A stretch of DNA of 32,000 nt from Geotalea daltonii FRC-32 (lineage in GTDB: Bacteria; Desulfobacterota; Desulfuromonadia; Geobacterales; Geobacteraceae): contig NC_011979.1 of assembly GCF_000022265.1 (NCBI RefSeq), forward strand, positions 450,001 to 482,000. The letters are read 5' to 3'. The notes under the pieces were generated by a model. The model was given only the letters and a program-made list of their open reading frames with translations. It made no database searches and was not told the DNA's origin. Position 1 is the first letter of the stretch, and every line of letters begins with the position of its first letter. Made by a program: the position numbers and the translations under genes. Below, one piece after another: positions 1 to 9,881 of the stretch.

Positions 1-1
1 G

Positions 2-595
2 ACGCTCCATTCGGCCAAAGGCCTGGAATTTCCCCTGGTCTTCATGATCGGCATGGAAGAAAAGCTTTTCCCCCATTCCCGCTCCCTGGAAGAGCCGGAG
101 CAGATGGAGGAAGAGCGCCGGCTCTGCTATGTGGGCATGACCCGGGCAAGGGAACGGCTGTTTCTGACCAATGCCAGGCGTCGCCGGATCTTCGGCCAAG
201 AGCAATACAATCCTCCGTCACGATTTCTCGCCGACATCCCGAGAGAGTTGCTGGATGTGGAAGACGAAGGCTACCAGCAGCCCACCTTCGGCTTTGGTTC
301 TGGACTGGGGGCAATGCCTCCATGTGAACCTGCTGTCGCAAAGGGACCGGTCCACAATCTGGCCTCGGTTTTCGAGATGGAGCTGGAGCCGGAACTTGCC
401 AATGAGGTGCAAGTGGTTCCAGATGAGACGGTAGACGGAGTCTGGCTGGGAATGAAGGTGCGCCATGGCAAGTTCGGCGTCGGCACCGTCCGCCGCATCG
501 AGGGGAGCGGCAATGAACAAAAGGTGATCGTCTGGTTCAATTCTATCGGACCGAAGAAGCTTTTGGTGAAGTTCGCCGGGCTGGAGCGAGTGTAA
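2..595 (+). CDS. UvrD/PcrA-family SF1 DNA helicase, C-terminal part (5' end outside window)
   Basis: Frame 2 is open from nt 2: [20 protein letters not shown] ... [16 protein letters not shown] are the late SF1 helicase motifs of UvrD/PcrA/Rep. The tail [37 protein letters not shown] resembles the C-terminal Tudor-like domain. Stop TAA 593-595. Confidence 0.85.
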   Translation, partial: TLHSAKGLEFPLVFMIGMEEKLFPHSRSLEEPEQMEEERRLCYVGMTRARERLFLTNARRRRIFGQEQYNPPSRFLADIPRELLDVEDEGYQQPTFGFGSGLGAMPPCEPAVAKGPVHNLASVFEMELEPELANEVQVVPDETVDGVWLGMKVRHGKFGVGTVRRIEGSGNEQKVIVWFNSIGPKKLLVKFAGLERV

Positions 596-601
596 GGCAA
601 C

Positions 602-667
602 GTTCGAAGTTCCCGGTTCGATGTTCGGAGTAAAGGAGCGTTCTAAGTTCGAGGTTCTACGTTAGAA
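602..667. repeat. Array of nine 7-nt units starting GT(T)C, two blocks of four plus a degenerate unit and a 3-nt spacer
   Basis: Read directly: GTTCGAA GTTCCCG GTTCGAT GTTCGGA GTAAAGG agc GTTCTAA GTTCGAG GTTCTAC GTTAGAA. The last units also form a perfect 7-bp hairpin, GGTTCTA-cgt-TAGAACC (653-669). Confidence 0.7.
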
Positions 668-683
668 CCGGAATCCCCTTGGC

Positions 684-712
684 TTGTCATTTGCCCTTGT
701 TCATGGTACAAA
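684..712 (+). promoter_or_regulatory. Possible sigma70-type promoter for gatCAB
   Basis: TTGTCA (684-689), 17-nt spacer, TACAAA (707-712), ~40 nt upstream of the gatC ATG. Sequence match only. Confidence 0.3.
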
Positions 713-750
713 GGCATGTTTTTCCTTAATAACCCCACTGGAGTCACTAT

Positions 751-1038
751 ATGAAGATCAACAAAGATGAGGTGGAGAAGGTCGCCCTGCTGGCCCGCCT
801 GGAATTGACCGGCGAGGAGGCGGAAATGTTCACCGGACAGATGGATGCCATCCTTGCCTATGTGGATAAACTGAACGAACTGAATACCGACGGCATCGTG
901 CCGACTGCCCATGCCGTGCCCATGGAAAACGCCTTCCGTGCGGATGAGGTCCGTGATTCCATCGGCATCGACAACGCCCTGGCCAACGCACCGAAGCGGG
1001 CGGAGAGCTTCTTCCGCGTGCCGAAAGTGATCGAGTGA
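751..1038 (+). CDS. gatC: Asp-tRNA(Asn)/Glu-tRNA(Gln) amidotransferase subunit C
   Basis: 95 aa with the typical GatC sequence (VEKVALLARLELTGEE ... FRVPKVIE). GGAG RBS 8 nt upstream. Directly precedes gatA and gatB. Confidence 0.9.
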   Translation: MKINKDEVEKVALLARLELTGEEAEMFTGQMDAILAYVDKLNELNTDGIVPTAHAVPMENAFRADEVRDSIGIDNALANAPKRAESFFRVPKVIE

Positions 1039-1091
1039 CTTTTGCTGCCGATCTTGGCGGCCCTTGAATGCATTATACACCTGGAGCAGAT

Positions 1092-2549
1092 ATGGAACTT
1101 TTCGAACTGACCATCCACGAGTTGCACGATAAGCTGAAGAAAAAGGAAGTCTCCTCGGTGGAGGCGACCGAGTCAATGCTGGCAAGGATCGAAGCGGTCG
1201 AACCTAAGGTGAATGCCTTTATCACTGTTACCGCCGATCAGGCGCTGAAAGATGCTGCGGAGGCAGACAAGCGTATTGCCGATGGCGACATGGACAAACT
1301 CACCGGTATCCCAGTGGCACTCAAGGATATCTTCCTCACCAAGGGAGTCCGTACCACCTGTGCTTCCCGCATTCTTGAGAACTTCATTCCCCCCTATGAT
1401 GCGACCAGCGTCGCCCGATTGAAAGCCAGGGGAGCCGTGCTGGTCGGCAAGCTGAATCAGGACGAGTTCGCCATGGGTTCTTCCACCGAATCCAGTTATT
1501 TCGGCAAGACGAGCAACCCATGGAATCTGGAATGCATCCCGGGAGGATCATCGGGGGGCTCCGCTGCTGCCATTGCTGCACAACAGGCAACTGCTACCCT
1601 TGGTACCGATACGGGGGGCTCCATCCGCCAACCAGCCTCCCACTGCGGCTGCGTCGGCCTCAAACCCACCTACGGCAGGGTTTCCCGCTATGGGGTCATC
1701 GCCTACGCCTCCTCTCTCGACCAGGTCGGGCCGGTAACCCGTGATGTCACCGACTGTGCCATCATGCTGGAGGCTGTGGCCGGTTATGACGCCAAGGATT
1801 CCACCAGCGTCGATCTGCCGGTGCCTGAGTACACAAAAGCGCTGACCGGCCAGGTCAAGGGGCTGAAGATCGGCCTGCCCAGGGAATATTTCATCGAGGG
1901 GCTCGATCCCGATGTGCAGAAGGCCATGGATGAGGCTATCGCCACCTACCGGCAAATGGGGGCCGAATTTCAGGAGGTCTCCCTTCCCCATACCGATTAT
2001 GCCGTAGCCACTTATTATCTTGTTGCCACCGCCGAGGCCAGCTCCAACCTGGCCCGTTACGACGGCGCCCGCTTCGGACACAGAAGCCATGAAGCCCAAA
2101 GCCTGCTGGACATGTACCGGAAAAGCCGTGCCGAAGGTTTCGGCGAGGAAGTAAAGAGGCGGATCATGCTCGGCACCTATGCCCTTTCTTCCGGTTATTA
2201 TGATGCCTATTATCTCAAGGCGCAGAAGGTGCGCACCTTGATCATGCATGATTTCATCAAGGCCTTCGAGCAGGTGGACGTGCTGCTGACGCCGGTGGCC
2301 CCGACCCCGGCCTTCAGGATCGGCGAGAAAACCAGCGATCCCTTGCAGATGTATCTCTCCGACATTTTCACCATTCCGGTCAACCTGGCCGGCACCTGCG
2401 GCATCTCGGTACCTGCCGGTCTCAGCCGGGCCGGACTGCCAATCGGTCTGCAGCTGATCGGCAAGCCCTTCGGCGAGGAGAACATCCTCCGCGCTGCCCA
2501 CGCATTCGAGCAGAATACCGATTGGCACAAGCGCAGAGCGGCATTGTAA
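1092..2549 (+). CDS. gatA: Glu-tRNA(Gln) amidotransferase subunit A (amidase signature family)
   Basis: Amidase signature [13 protein letters not shown] and [12 protein letters not shown]. Start is placed at ATG 1092 ([15 protein letters not shown], typical GatA N-terminus, GGAG upstream) rather than at the ORF-track start 1068. Confidence 0.93.
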   Translation: MELFELTIHELHDKLKKKEVSSVEATESMLARIEAVEPKVNAFITVTADQALKDAAEADKRIADGDMDKLTGIPVALKDIFLTKGVRTTCASRILENFIPPYDATSVARLKARGAVLVGKLNQDEFAMGSSTESSYFGKTSNPWNLECIPGGSSGGSAAAIAAQQATATLGTDTGGSIRQPASHCGCVGLKPTYGRVSRYGVIAYASSLDQVGPVTRDVTDCAIMLEAVAGYDAKDSTSVDLPVPEYTKALTGQVKGLKIGLPREYFIEGLDPDVQKAMDEAIATYRQMGAEFQEVSLPHTDYAVATYYLVATAEASSNLARYDGARFGHRSHEAQSLLDMYRKSRAEGFGEEVKRRIMLGTYALSSGYYDAYYLKAQKVRTLIMHDFIKAFEQVDVLLTPVAPTPAFRIGEKTSDPLQMYLSDIFTIPVNLAGTCGISVPAGLSRAGLPIGLQLIGKPFGEENILRAAHAFEQNTDWHKRRAAL

Positions 2550-2571
2550 TAAAACAAACCGGAGAATCCCC

Positions 2572-4011
2572 ATGGAATACAGAGCTGTCATCGGACTTGA
2601 GGTCCACGTCCAACTGAATACCAACACCAAGATCTTCTGCGGCTGCTCCACCAAATTCGGCGCCGAGCCCAACTCCCAGACCTGCCCGGTCTGTCTGGGT
2701 ATGCCGGGAGCGTTGCCGGTTCTTAACCGCAAGGTGGTGGAATATGCCATCAAGGCCGGCCTGGCCACCAATTGCGAGATTGCGCCGCGCAGCATTTTTG
2801 CCCGGAAAAACTACTTCTATCCCGACCTTCCCAAGGGCTACCAGATCAGCCAGTACGAGCTCCCCATCTGCAGCGCCGGTCATCTGGATATCCAGGTGGA
2901 GGGCACGGCGAAAAGGATCGGCATCACCCGCATCCATATGGAGGAGGATGCCGGCAAACTGGTGCACGCTGATGTGCCGGGGGTGGGGGATGATTCCTGC
3001 GTCGACCTGAACCGGGCCTGCACTCCGCTCCTGGAGATCGTTTCCGAGCCGGACCTGCGCTCCGCCGACGAGGCGGTGGCGTATCTGAAGAAACTGCACC
3101 AGATCGTCGTCTACCTGGGGATCAGTGACGGCAATATGGAGGAGGGGAGTTTCCGCTGTGATGCCAATGTTTCGGTGATGCGGGTGGGAGCCGACAAATT
3201 CGGCACCCGTACTGAAACAAAGAACGTAAACTCCTTCAAGTTCGTCAAGCAGGCCATCGAATACGAGATCGAGCGCCAGATCGAGGTGATCGAGGATGGC
3301 GGCAAGATCGTCCAGGAGACCCGCCTCTTCGACCCGAACACCGGCGTTACCCGTTCCATGCGCGGCAAGGAAGAGGCACACGACTACCGTTATTTCCCCG
3401 ACCCGGACCTGGTGCCGTTGGTGATCAGCAACGACTGGGTGGAGGATGTGCGGCTCGGGCTGCCGGAGCTTCCTGAAGCAAAGCGGTTGCGCTACATGGA
3501 TGAACTGGGTCTGCCGGCCTATGACGCCGAGGTCCTGACCGCCAGCCGGGAGTTGGCCGACTATTTCGAGGCATGCCTTGAGTTCCATTCCCAGCCGAAG
3601 CCGGTGGCCAACTGGGTCATGGGGGAAGTGACCCGGGCCCTCAATGAAGAGAACCGATCCATTACCGATGCACCGGTCACCCCCCAGCTCCTTGCCGAGC
3701 TTCTGCAGCTGATCGACAAGGGGACCATTTCCGGCAAGATCGCCAAGACCGTTTTCGATGAGATGTGGCGGACCGGCAAGGCACCGGCCAAGGTCGTCGA
3801 GGAAAAGGGGCTGGTGCAGGTTTCCGATACGGGAGAAATAGAGAAAATCATCGATGAAGTGCTGGCCAGGGAAGCGGGGCAGGTGGCTGAATACCGTAGC
3901 GGCAAGGACAAACTGTTCGGCTTCTTCGTCGGCCAGGTGATGCGGGCTTCCAAGGGCAAGGCCAATCCGGCTGTGGTCAACGAACTGCTGCTGAAGAAGC
4001 TCCAGGGATAA
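2572..4011 (+). CDS. gatB: Asp/Glu-tRNA amidotransferase subunit B
   Basis: 479 aa. Has [23 protein letters not shown] and a C-terminal GatB/YqeY-like tail ([18 protein letters not shown]). GGAGA RBS. Confidence 0.95.
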   Translation: MEYRAVIGLEVHVQLNTNTKIFCGCSTKFGAEPNSQTCPVCLGMPGALPVLNRKVVEYAIKAGLATNCEIAPRSIFARKNYFYPDLPKGYQISQYELPICSAGHLDIQVEGTAKRIGITRIHMEEDAGKLVHADVPGVGDDSCVDLNRACTPLLEIVSEPDLRSADEAVAYLKKLHQIVVYLGISDGNMEEGSFRCDANVSVMRVGADKFGTRTETKNVNSFKFVKQAIEYEIERQIEVIEDGGKIVQETRLFDPNTGVTRSMRGKEEAHDYRYFPDPDLVPLVISNDWVEDVRLGLPELPEAKRLRYMDELGLPAYDAEVLTASRELADYFEACLEFHSQPKPVANWVMGEVTRALNEENRSITDAPVTPQLLAELLQLIDKGTISGKIAKTVFDEMWRTGKAPAKVVEEKGLVQVSDTGEIEKIIDEVLAREAGQVAEYRSGKDKLFGFFVGQVMRASKGKANPAVVNELLLKKLQG

Positions 4012-4033
4012 ACCTTGCCCAGACTAGCGACAC

Positions 4034-4202
4034 GCCTGTCGTGACTTCGTCCGTTCGTTCGGTCGCTGCAGCTGCGGACCTTGCACTGTTCCTTATGTGA
4101 TTGCCTGAGTATAAGGTGCCGACGAAGGTAATTCTTTCAATTTTCGGCGGGTGTCCGCTCGCCGCTGCAGCTCGGTCACTCACTCCCGAAGCCACGACAG
4201 GC
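4034..4202. repeat. ~170-nt imperfect palindrome / rod-like structured element in the gatB-mtnA intergenic region
   Basis: Outer arms GCCTGTCGTGACTTCG (4034-4049) and CGAAGCCACGACAGGC (4187-4202) pair at 15 of 16 positions. Inner pairs: GCTGCAGC (4065-4072 / 4164-4171) and CGGAC/GTCCG (4075-4079 / 4153-4157). Apical local stems: CCTTAT/ATAAGG and GCCGA/TCGGC. Confidence 0.6.
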
Positions 4203-4236
4203 TTTCGGCAAATTTCGCATTTAGAGGGAAAAACGG

Positions 4237-5277
4237 ATGTCTTTCAGAACAATCGAATGGCGCGACAACAAGGTGGTGATGATAGACCAGACCCGACTGC
4301 CGGGAGAAGAGGTCTATAACGTCTATGAGGATTTCCAGAGTGTCGCCGAGGCAATTCGCGGCATGATCATCCGGGGAGCTCCCGCCATCGGCGTGGCGGC
4401 AGCCATGGGAGTGGCCCTGGGCGCACGCGAGATCATTGCCGATACCTATGAATCCTTTTCTCGCCAGCTGACCAACGTCTGTGATGTCCTGGCCCGTACC
4501 CGCCCTACCGCAGTCAATCTTTTCTGGGCCATAGAGCGGATGAAACGGGTGGCGGAAAGCAACAAGGACAGGGACCTTCACTTTATCCGCGAAACTCTCA
4601 AGGCGGAGGCAATCCGCATTGAAGAGGAAGACCTGGAGATCTGCCGCGCCATCGGCCGTCATGGCGCGCCGCTGATCCGGGAAGGAGCCACCGTTCTCAC
4701 CCACTGCAATGCCGGCGGGCTGGCTACCGCCGGATACGGTACCGCCCTGGGGGTGATTCGTGCCGCCCATGAGGCGGGGAAGAATATCCAGGTCTTTGCC
4801 GACGAGACGCGCCCCTGGCTCCAGGGAGCCCGTCTGACCGCTTGGGAGCTGATGAAGGACGGCATTCCAGTCACCCTCATCGCCGATAACATGGCCGGCT
4901 ATTTCATGAAGAAGGGGGCCATTACTGCTTGCGTCGTCGGTGCAGACCGCATTGCCGCAAACGGCGACACTGCCAACAAGATCGGTACCTATTCCGTTGC
5001 CGTGCTGGCCAAGGAAAACAAGATTCCTTTCTATGTGGCTGCTCCCGTATCGACCCTGGATCTCTCCCTCAAGAGCGGCGACGAGATCCCCATCGAAGAG
5101 CGCCATGCCTGCGAAGTGACCCACCTGCAGGGCTTGCCCGTTGCCCCCGAGGGGGTCAAGGTGCGCAATCCGGCTTTTGACGTGACTCCTGCCAAATATA
5201 TTGCGGGCATCATCACCGAAAAAGGGGTGGTGCGGGGGGATTACGAGAGAGAACTGAAGGCGCTGGTGGGCCAATGA
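4237..5277 (+). CDS. mtnA: S-methyl-5-thioribose-1-phosphate isomerase (eIF-2B alpha/beta/delta-like family)
   Basis: 346 aa. Has [35 protein letters not shown] and [27 protein letters not shown] 8 nt upstream. Confidence 0.85.
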   Translation: MSFRTIEWRDNKVVMIDQTRLPGEEVYNVYEDFQSVAEAIRGMIIRGAPAIGVAAAMGVALGAREIIADTYESFSRQLTNVCDVLARTRPTAVNLFWAIERMKRVAESNKDRDLHFIRETLKAEAIRIEEEDLEICRAIGRHGAPLIREGATVLTHCNAGGLATAGYGTALGVIRAAHEAGKNIQVFADETRPWLQGARLTAWELMKDGIPVTLIADNMAGYFMKKGAITACVVGADRIAANGDTANKIGTYSVAVLAKENKIPFYVAAPVSTLDLSLKSGDEIPIEERHACEVTHLQGLPVAPEGVKVRNPAFDVTPAKYIAGIITEKGVVRGDYERELKALVGQ

Positions 5278-8200
5278 TCCGCAATGGCCAGTTTGCGGAT
5301 GAGCTCCAGGCTGCTCTTGCCTGTGACCCTGAATGCGACGGTGACCGGCTACTCATCGCCTTCCTCGAAAAAAAGGGGTATGCGTACGGACCCCGCTCAG
5401 CGACAAATCTCCGTCTTCTCGCCTACATCTTCGATACAGAAATCCTTTCAGCCATCGCCCTGGGTGCACTGGCCACTCCCACACCGGACATGGCCCTCAA
5501 CAACCTGGAACGGATCAGCTGCATCGTCTCCAAAGATGAGCTGCTGACCATCTGCGGCAAAAAGGTGATGTTGGCACGGCTCCTCACCATTTGCGGCTCC
5601 TCTCCGTTTCTCACCAACATCATCTGTCGGGATCAGAGCTATTTTCACGAATTATTCACCTGCAAGGGAATCGACCTTCGCCGGTCCGAGGCGGACATGC
5701 TCGCTGCTCTCCGCCGACAGATGGGACCTCATGTAGCCTGGCAGGATATCTTTCCTCTGCTGCGTCGCTTCAAGTTAACCGAGATTCTGCGCATTGCTGC
5801 CCGTGATCTCAACGGACTTGCCCCCCTGGAAGAGGTTACCGCCGAGCTTTCTTCTCTGGCTGCTGCTTGCCTGCAGGTGGCCTATGAGGAAGCGCGCCGT
5901 CAGCTGGTTGCCGAGCATGGCTTGCCCCTTATGCAGACCCCGGAGGGCGAGGCAGACCTGACCATCATCGGCATGGGCAAATTCGGCGGACGGGAGCTCA
6001 ATTTCTCCTCGGATATCGACATCATCTTTTTCTATTCCTCCGATCATGGGGAGACCAGTGGCATCGTCGACGGGCAAGGGCAGACCAGGGGGAATATTTC
6101 ACTGCACGCCTTTTTCGTCAAACTGGCGGAGATGGTCAGCAAAGCGGTCTCCCAGGTCACCGAGGACGGTTTTGTGTTCCGCGTCGACCTGGGACTGCGT
6201 CCGGAGGGAAAAAGCGGCGATGTGGCCACCTCAATCAGGTCAGCCGAGATTTATTACGAATCGTGGGGACAGTCGTGGGAGCGGGCAGCCATGCTCAAGG
6301 CCAGGCCGGTAGCCGGGTCCCTGGAGCTGGGAGAGAAATTTCTTGCCGCCATCCAGCCCTTTGTCCACCGCAAGTATCTGGATTACAACCTGATCGAAGA
6401 CATGATGGCCATGAAGAAGAAGATTGATGCTTCCCTGGCCCGTTCCCAGGAAGGTGAATACAACATCAAGCTGGGCCGGGGCGGAATACGGGAGGTCGAG
6501 TTTTTTATCCAGGCGCTGCAGCTGGTCTATGCCGGGAAAAATCCAGCCTTGCGGGTGAAGAATTCATTGCAGGCGCTGGAGACTCTGAGGGATGCCCGGA
6601 TCATCACGGCTGAGGATTGCGCGGATCTGAGTGAGGCCTACCGTTTCCTTCGCTTTGTGGAGCACCGCATCCAGGTGGTCCAGGAGCGGCAGACCCACAG
6701 CCTGCCGCGCAAGGAAGATGAAATGCTGGCTCTGGCCAGACGCTGCGGTTACCTTCGTCCCAATGGTCTGGCCAAATTTAGCGAAGTTCTCGAATCCCAC
6801 CGCCGCCGGGTCTCCGCCATCTATGGGGCACTGTTCCTTTCCCGGGACGAGCGCCTCAAGGAAGAAGTTCAGCCGGAGGTCTATTTCTTCTTTGACCGCA
6901 AGGCTGATCCGGACCTGATCAAAGATATGCTGGCAGAGCGCCGTTTCGAGAATGTGGATGCCGCCTACGAAAACCTGCTCATGCTCCGTGACGGTCCCCC
7001 CCGTGCCCATCTCACCGAGCGGGGAAGGCGAATGCTGGAGAACATCGCGCCGCTCCTGTTGCAGGAGATTTTCAGCTCACCCGACCCGGACATGGCACTG
7101 ACCAACCTGGAGCGCTTTCTCTGTGCCGTCGGCTCCAGGTCGACCTTTTTCGCCCTGCTGGCAGAAAACAAGGAAATCCTCAAACTGATGGTTTCCCTCT
7201 TTGGCATGTCCGAATTCCTGTCGAAGATCTTCATCAGCCATCCTGAGCTTTTGGACAGCATGGTTTCCCGCAGCTACGCCACCTCCATGAAAAATCTGGC
7301 GGTTATGGAAGGGGAGCTTGCCTCGCTCCTGGAGCAGGCGGAGGATTTCGAAGAAAAGCTCGATACGCTGCGCCGTTACCGCCATGAGGAGTTTCTTCGT
7401 ATCGGCCTCAACGATATCTACGGCAAAATGGGGCAGACGGAGATTGCCGTGCAACTCACCACTCTGGCCGATGTCTGTCTTGCCGCCGCCTGCCGCATGG
7501 CTAAGCAGGAGCTGCACCGCTTTGGCCGTCCCACTTATAAGGAACAGGATGATAGCGTGCAGCAGGCCCATTTTGCCGTCCTGGCCATGGGAAAGCTTGG
7601 GGGCAATGAACTCAACTACCACTCGGACCTGGATGTGATCTATATCTACGATCATCAGGGTATGACCGACGGCGAAAAACAGATCACCAACCATGAGTAT
7701 TTCGCCAAGCTGGCCCAGAAGATCATCCTTATCCTCACCACCCAGACCAGGGAGGGGTACGTCTACAAGATCGACACCAGGCTCCGCCCCTCTGGCAATG
7801 CGGGGCCGCTGGTAACCTCCCTGGATTCCTTCGTCAACTACCACCGTGAAGATGCCCAGATCTGGGAGCGCCAGGCCCTGACCAGGGCGCGGGTTGCCTT
7901 CGGCATCGGATCGCTTAAATCAAAGGTGGAAGAAATCGTCCATCAGGCAGTTTACGGCACCGGTTGCGGGGATGAGGTGCGTAAAGAGATCCATCGCCTG
8001 CGCATGCGCATGGAGAACGAACTGGCCAAGGAGTCGGAGGGGAGTTACAACATCAAGACCGGCCGCGGTGGCATCGTCGATATCGAGTTCATAGTCCAGT
8101 ATCTTCAGCTGAAGCATGGTGTTGCGTGTCCGGAGATCCGCAGCACCAATACCCTGGTGGCCATGAAAGGAATGAAGGCCTGCGGCCTTATCGGGGAAGA

Positions 8201-8447
8201 GCCGTTTAATGTGCTGCAAAGCGGTTACAAATTCCTCCGCCGCCTGGAAAACCGATTGAGGATCATTCATGATTATTCCATGAATGATCTTGGGGGGCCG
8301 GCCAAGTACCTGAACAAGCTTGCCCGCCGTCTGGGGTATGACCCGCAGCTGAAGCACCCCGGAGAAGCGCTGATCCGGGATTACGAACAGATTACCGGTG
8401 AAGTGCGCCGGGTCTACGATCACATTTTCGTGGTCGAAGGAGAATAG
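5274..8447 (+). CDS. glnE: Bifunctional glutamine synthetase adenylyltransferase / adenylyl-removing enzyme
   Basis: 1057 aa with two nucleotidyltransferase repeats: [22 protein letters not shown] and [22 protein letters not shown]. Each follows a PD(P)DMAL.NLER segment. The ATG overlaps the mtnA stop (ATGA at 5274-5277). Confidence 0.9.
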   Translation: MIRNGQFADELQAALACDPECDGDRLLIAFLEKKGYAYGPRSATNLRLLAYIFDTEILSAIALGALATPTPDMALNNLERISCIVSKDELLTICGKKVMLARLLTICGSSPFLTNIICRDQSYFHELFTCKGIDLRRSEADMLAALRRQMGPHVAWQDIFPLLRRFKLTEILRIAARDLNGLAPLEEVTAELSSLAAACLQVAYEEARRQLVAEHGLPLMQTPEGEADLTIIGMGKFGGRELNFSSDIDIIFFYSSDHGETSGIVDGQGQTRGNISLHAFFVKLAEMVSKAVSQVTEDGFVFRVDLGLRPEGKSGDVATSIRSAEIYYESWGQSWERAAMLKARPVAGSLELGEKFLAAIQPFVHRKYLDYNLIEDMMAMKKKIDASLARSQEGEYNIKLGRGGIREVEFFIQALQLVYAGKNPALRVKNSLQALETLRDARIITAEDCADLSEAYRFLRFVEHRIQVVQERQTHSLPRKEDEMLALARRCGYLRPNGLAKFSEVLESHRRRVSAIYGALFLSRDERLKEEVQPEVYFFFDRKADPDLIKDMLAERRFENVDAAYENLLMLRDGPPRAHLTERGRRMLENIAPLLLQEIFSSPDPDMALTNLERFLCAVGSRSTFFALLAENKEILKLMVSLFGMSEFLSKIFISHPELLDSMVSRSYATSMKNLAVMEGELASLLEQAEDFEEKLDTLRRYRHEEFLRIGLNDIYGKMGQTEIAVQLTTLADVCLAAACRMAKQELHRFGRPTYKEQDDSVQQAHFAVLAMGKLGGNELNYHSDLDVIYIYDHQGMTDGEKQITNHEYFAKLAQKIILILTTQTREGYVYKIDTRLRPSGNAGPLVTSLDSFVNYHREDAQIWERQALTRARVAFGIGSLKSKVEEIVHQAVYGTGCGDEVRKEIHRLRMRMENELAKESEGSYNIKTGRGGIVDIEFIVQYLQLKHGVACPEIRSTNTLVAMKGMKACGLIGEEPFNVLQSGYKFLRRLENRLRIIHDYSMNDLGGPAKYLNKLARRLGYDPQLKHPGEALIRDYEQITGEVRRVYDHIFVVEGE

Positions 8448-8448
8448 G

Positions 8449-8835
8449 GTGGAAATACGGGTCTATTATGAGGACACGGACGTCGGCGGTGTAGTCTATC
8501 ATGCCAACTATCTCCATTATTTCGAGCGGGCAAGAACCGAATTCTTCCGGCGGAGGGGGTTATCGGTGCGGGAGCTCCATGAACGGGGCTGCATCTTTCC
8601 CGTCGTTCGGGCGGAGGTGGATTTCCGCGCTCCCGCCAGGCACGACGACCTGCTCCGAGTGGAGACTGAAGTGCTTGAAGTTGGGAAAAGCTCCTTTGTT
8701 CTGGGCCAGCAGGTGATCCGGGCAGTGGACGACATGCTTTTAGTGACAGGCACCATAAAGCTGGTCTGTGTCGGCCCCGGCATGAAGGCGAAACGCCTGC
8801 CGGCCGATCTGCTGGAGGCTTTCCGGGGGGAATAG
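8449..8835 (+). CDS. YbgC/4HBT-family hotdog-fold acyl-CoA thioesterase
   Basis: VYYEDTDVGGVVYHANYLHYFERARTEFF is the typical 4HBT/YbgC N-terminus. Start is placed at GTG 8449 (GAAGGAG RBS 8437-8443, 1 nt after the glnE stop) rather than at ATG 8398 inside glnE. Confidence 0.75.
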   Translation: MEIRVYYEDTDVGGVVYHANYLHYFERARTEFFRRRGLSVRELHERGCIFPVVRAEVDFRAPARHDDLLRVETEVLEVGKSSFVLGQQVIRAVDDMLLVTGTIKLVCVGPGMKAKRLPADLLEAFRGE

Positions 8836-8872
8836 CTGTGCGCCTTGGCAAGACCGAAAAAGGAGGTAATCC

Positions 8873-9121
8873 ATGAAAACAATAATATTGCTGTGCGCCA
8901 TCACCACCATCCTCGCCGGATGCAGCTCTTCCAGCCAGCCACAAGGCGGGGAAAAATACCAGGGGCGCGAGGAAACCAAGAAGCTGGAAGGTGCATCGGC
9001 GGTGGGCTACGACGGCACGGCCATCCGCAAGAATGTGGATAACACCCTCAACAAGAACGATGACCGCAATCAGGACCTGGACGAGGCGATGAAGTCGGCC
9101 AGTGATGGGCAGAAACCGTAA
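8873..9121 (+). CDS. Small lipoprotein, unknown function
   Basis: Signal peptide with lipobox: MKTIILLCAITTILAG-C. Strong AAGGAGG RBS. The mature part is hydrophilic and low in complexity. Confidence 0.6.
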   Translation: MKTIILLCAITTILAGCSSSSQPQGGEKYQGREETKKLEGASAVGYDGTAIRKNVDNTLNKNDDRNQDLDEAMKSASDGQKP

Positions 9122-9198
9122 CTAAGAGTGGTTTGTAACCTACAAGAAGACTGACTTCAGCCAGTAACCATGATGGGAGGCAGTACACAGAAACACCA

Positions 9199-9230
9199 AG
9201 AGGCGGCCTGATTGGCCGCCTCTGCTTTTT
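9199..9230 (+). terminator. Rho-independent terminator ending the mtnA-glnE-thioesterase-lipoprotein unit
   Basis: AGAGGCGGCC (9199-9208), loop tgatt, GGCCGCCTCT (9214-9223), then gcTTTTT. Confidence 0.8.
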
Positions 9231-9251
9231 GTAGAGGTACTAATTTTAATT

Positions 9252-9280
9252 TTGAAAAATCCCTTTTATGGGTATATTAT
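9252..9280 (+). promoter_or_regulatory. Possible sigma70 promoter giving a leaderless or near-leaderless toxin mRNA
   Basis: TTGAAA (9252-9257), 17 nt, TATTAT (9275-9280). Only 6 nt separate the -10 box from ATG 9287, and there is no SD sequence. Confidence 0.45.
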
Positions 9281-9286
9281 TCCCGC

Positions 9287-9562
9287 ATGAAGTGGACCGT
9301 TACCTTTACCGGCAAAGCACGGAAGCAGAAGGAAAAACTGCCGCTTAAAATTCGTGAGCTGCTTTTCCAACTTGCAAAAGATATTGAGGCCTCAGGGCCG
9401 GTAAGGGGAGACTGGCCCAATTACGGCAAGTTGGTGAACAATCGGCACCACTGTCATCTGAAGAAAGGGCATCCAACGTATGTGGCTGTCTGGACTGAGG
9501 ACCGTGGGGCCATAACTGTGGAGATCATCTATGCGGGTACACATGAAAAAGCACCCTACTGA
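9287..9562 (+). CDS. RelE/HigB-like type II toxin (mRNA interferase family)
   Basis: 91 aa: MKWTVTFTGKARKQKEKLP ... HHCHLKKGHPTYVAVW ... ITVEIIYAGTHEKAPY. From memory this pattern belongs to RelE/StbE-HigB-type toxins that sit upstream of an XRE antitoxin. It overlaps the next ORF. Confidence 0.7.
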   Translation: MKWTVTFTGKARKQKEKLPLKIRELLFQLAKDIEASGPVRGDWPNYGKLVNNRHHCHLKKGHPTYVAVWTEDRGAITVEIIYAGTHEKAPY

Positions 9563-9881
9563 AGAAATCGTAACCGTAACTTTGCGTGTTCCTCGAAGCA
9601 AGGTGCTTTTGTTGCGGCAGTACGCGGAGTCTATTAAGGCTGGGGATGAGAAAAACTTCTCCATTGCCGAGACATTTCCGGAGTACATGGGTAAGGAGCA
9701 GGAGGTGGCGTTACGGGCGTATCGCAACCGCGAAGGCCTGACCCAGAAGAGGCTCGCTGAAATGACCGGGATTCCCCAGCACCATATCAGCGAGATGGAA
9801 AACGGCAAACGCAGCATTGGTAAGGAAAGAGCTAAAAGACTTGCCGAAGCGCTGAACTGCGATTATCGCCGGCTGTTGTAG
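9531..9881 (+). CDS. XRE-family HTH antitoxin (HigA-like)
   Basis: C-terminal HTH: GLTQKRLAEMTGIPQHHISEMENGKRSIGKERAKRLAEAL. ATG 9531 has a GGAGA RBS 6 nt upstream (9520-9524); ATG 9543 is an alternative. The toxin-first order is as in higBA. Confidence 0.75.
   Translation: MRVHMKKHPTEEIVTVTLRVPRSKVLLLRQYAESIKAGDEKNFSIAETFPEYMGKEQEVALRAYRNREGLTQKRLAEMTGIPQHHISEMENGKRSIGKERAKRLAEALNCDYRRLL

Noticed and set aside
596-680. Possible tRNA or tRNA remnant, because GGTTCGA (T-loop-like) occurs several times.
   Set aside because: No acceptor stem, anticodon arm or D-arm can be drawn, and the T-loop-like words are part of the 7-nt periodic array. I found no other tRNA-like cloverleaf in any intergenic region of the window.
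1548-3588. Long antisense ORFs opposite gatA/gatB (415 aa and 388 aa). Similar ones occur at 4180-5274(-), 7077-7844(-), 13220-14218(+), 22177-23121(+), 25043-26266(+) and 28065-29009(-).
   Set aside because: All lie fully inside, and antisense to, genes with unmistakable conserved products. Their translations are low-complexity and Gly/Ala/Arg/Pro-rich with no motifs. These are the typical shadow ORFs of GC-rich DNA.
4050-4236. SAM-I, SAM-II or SAH riboswitch upstream of mtnA. CUUAU and AAGGUGCC fragments are present.
   Set aside because: The conserved SAM-I cores (GAGGGA, GCAACC, AGAUGAG closing) are absent. So are the SAH core (AGGCUCGG...AACGGCGCUC) and the SAM-II AAAGCU pseudoknot. The resemblance is a few nucleotides only.
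9226-9880. TTGTAG-containing words at 9226-9240 and 9868-9880 as possible target-site duplications flanking the TA cassette.
   Set aside because: Only ~6-8 nt are shared, with indels. The right copy is part of the antitoxin coding end (..RRLL stop). This is too short to distinguish from chance.
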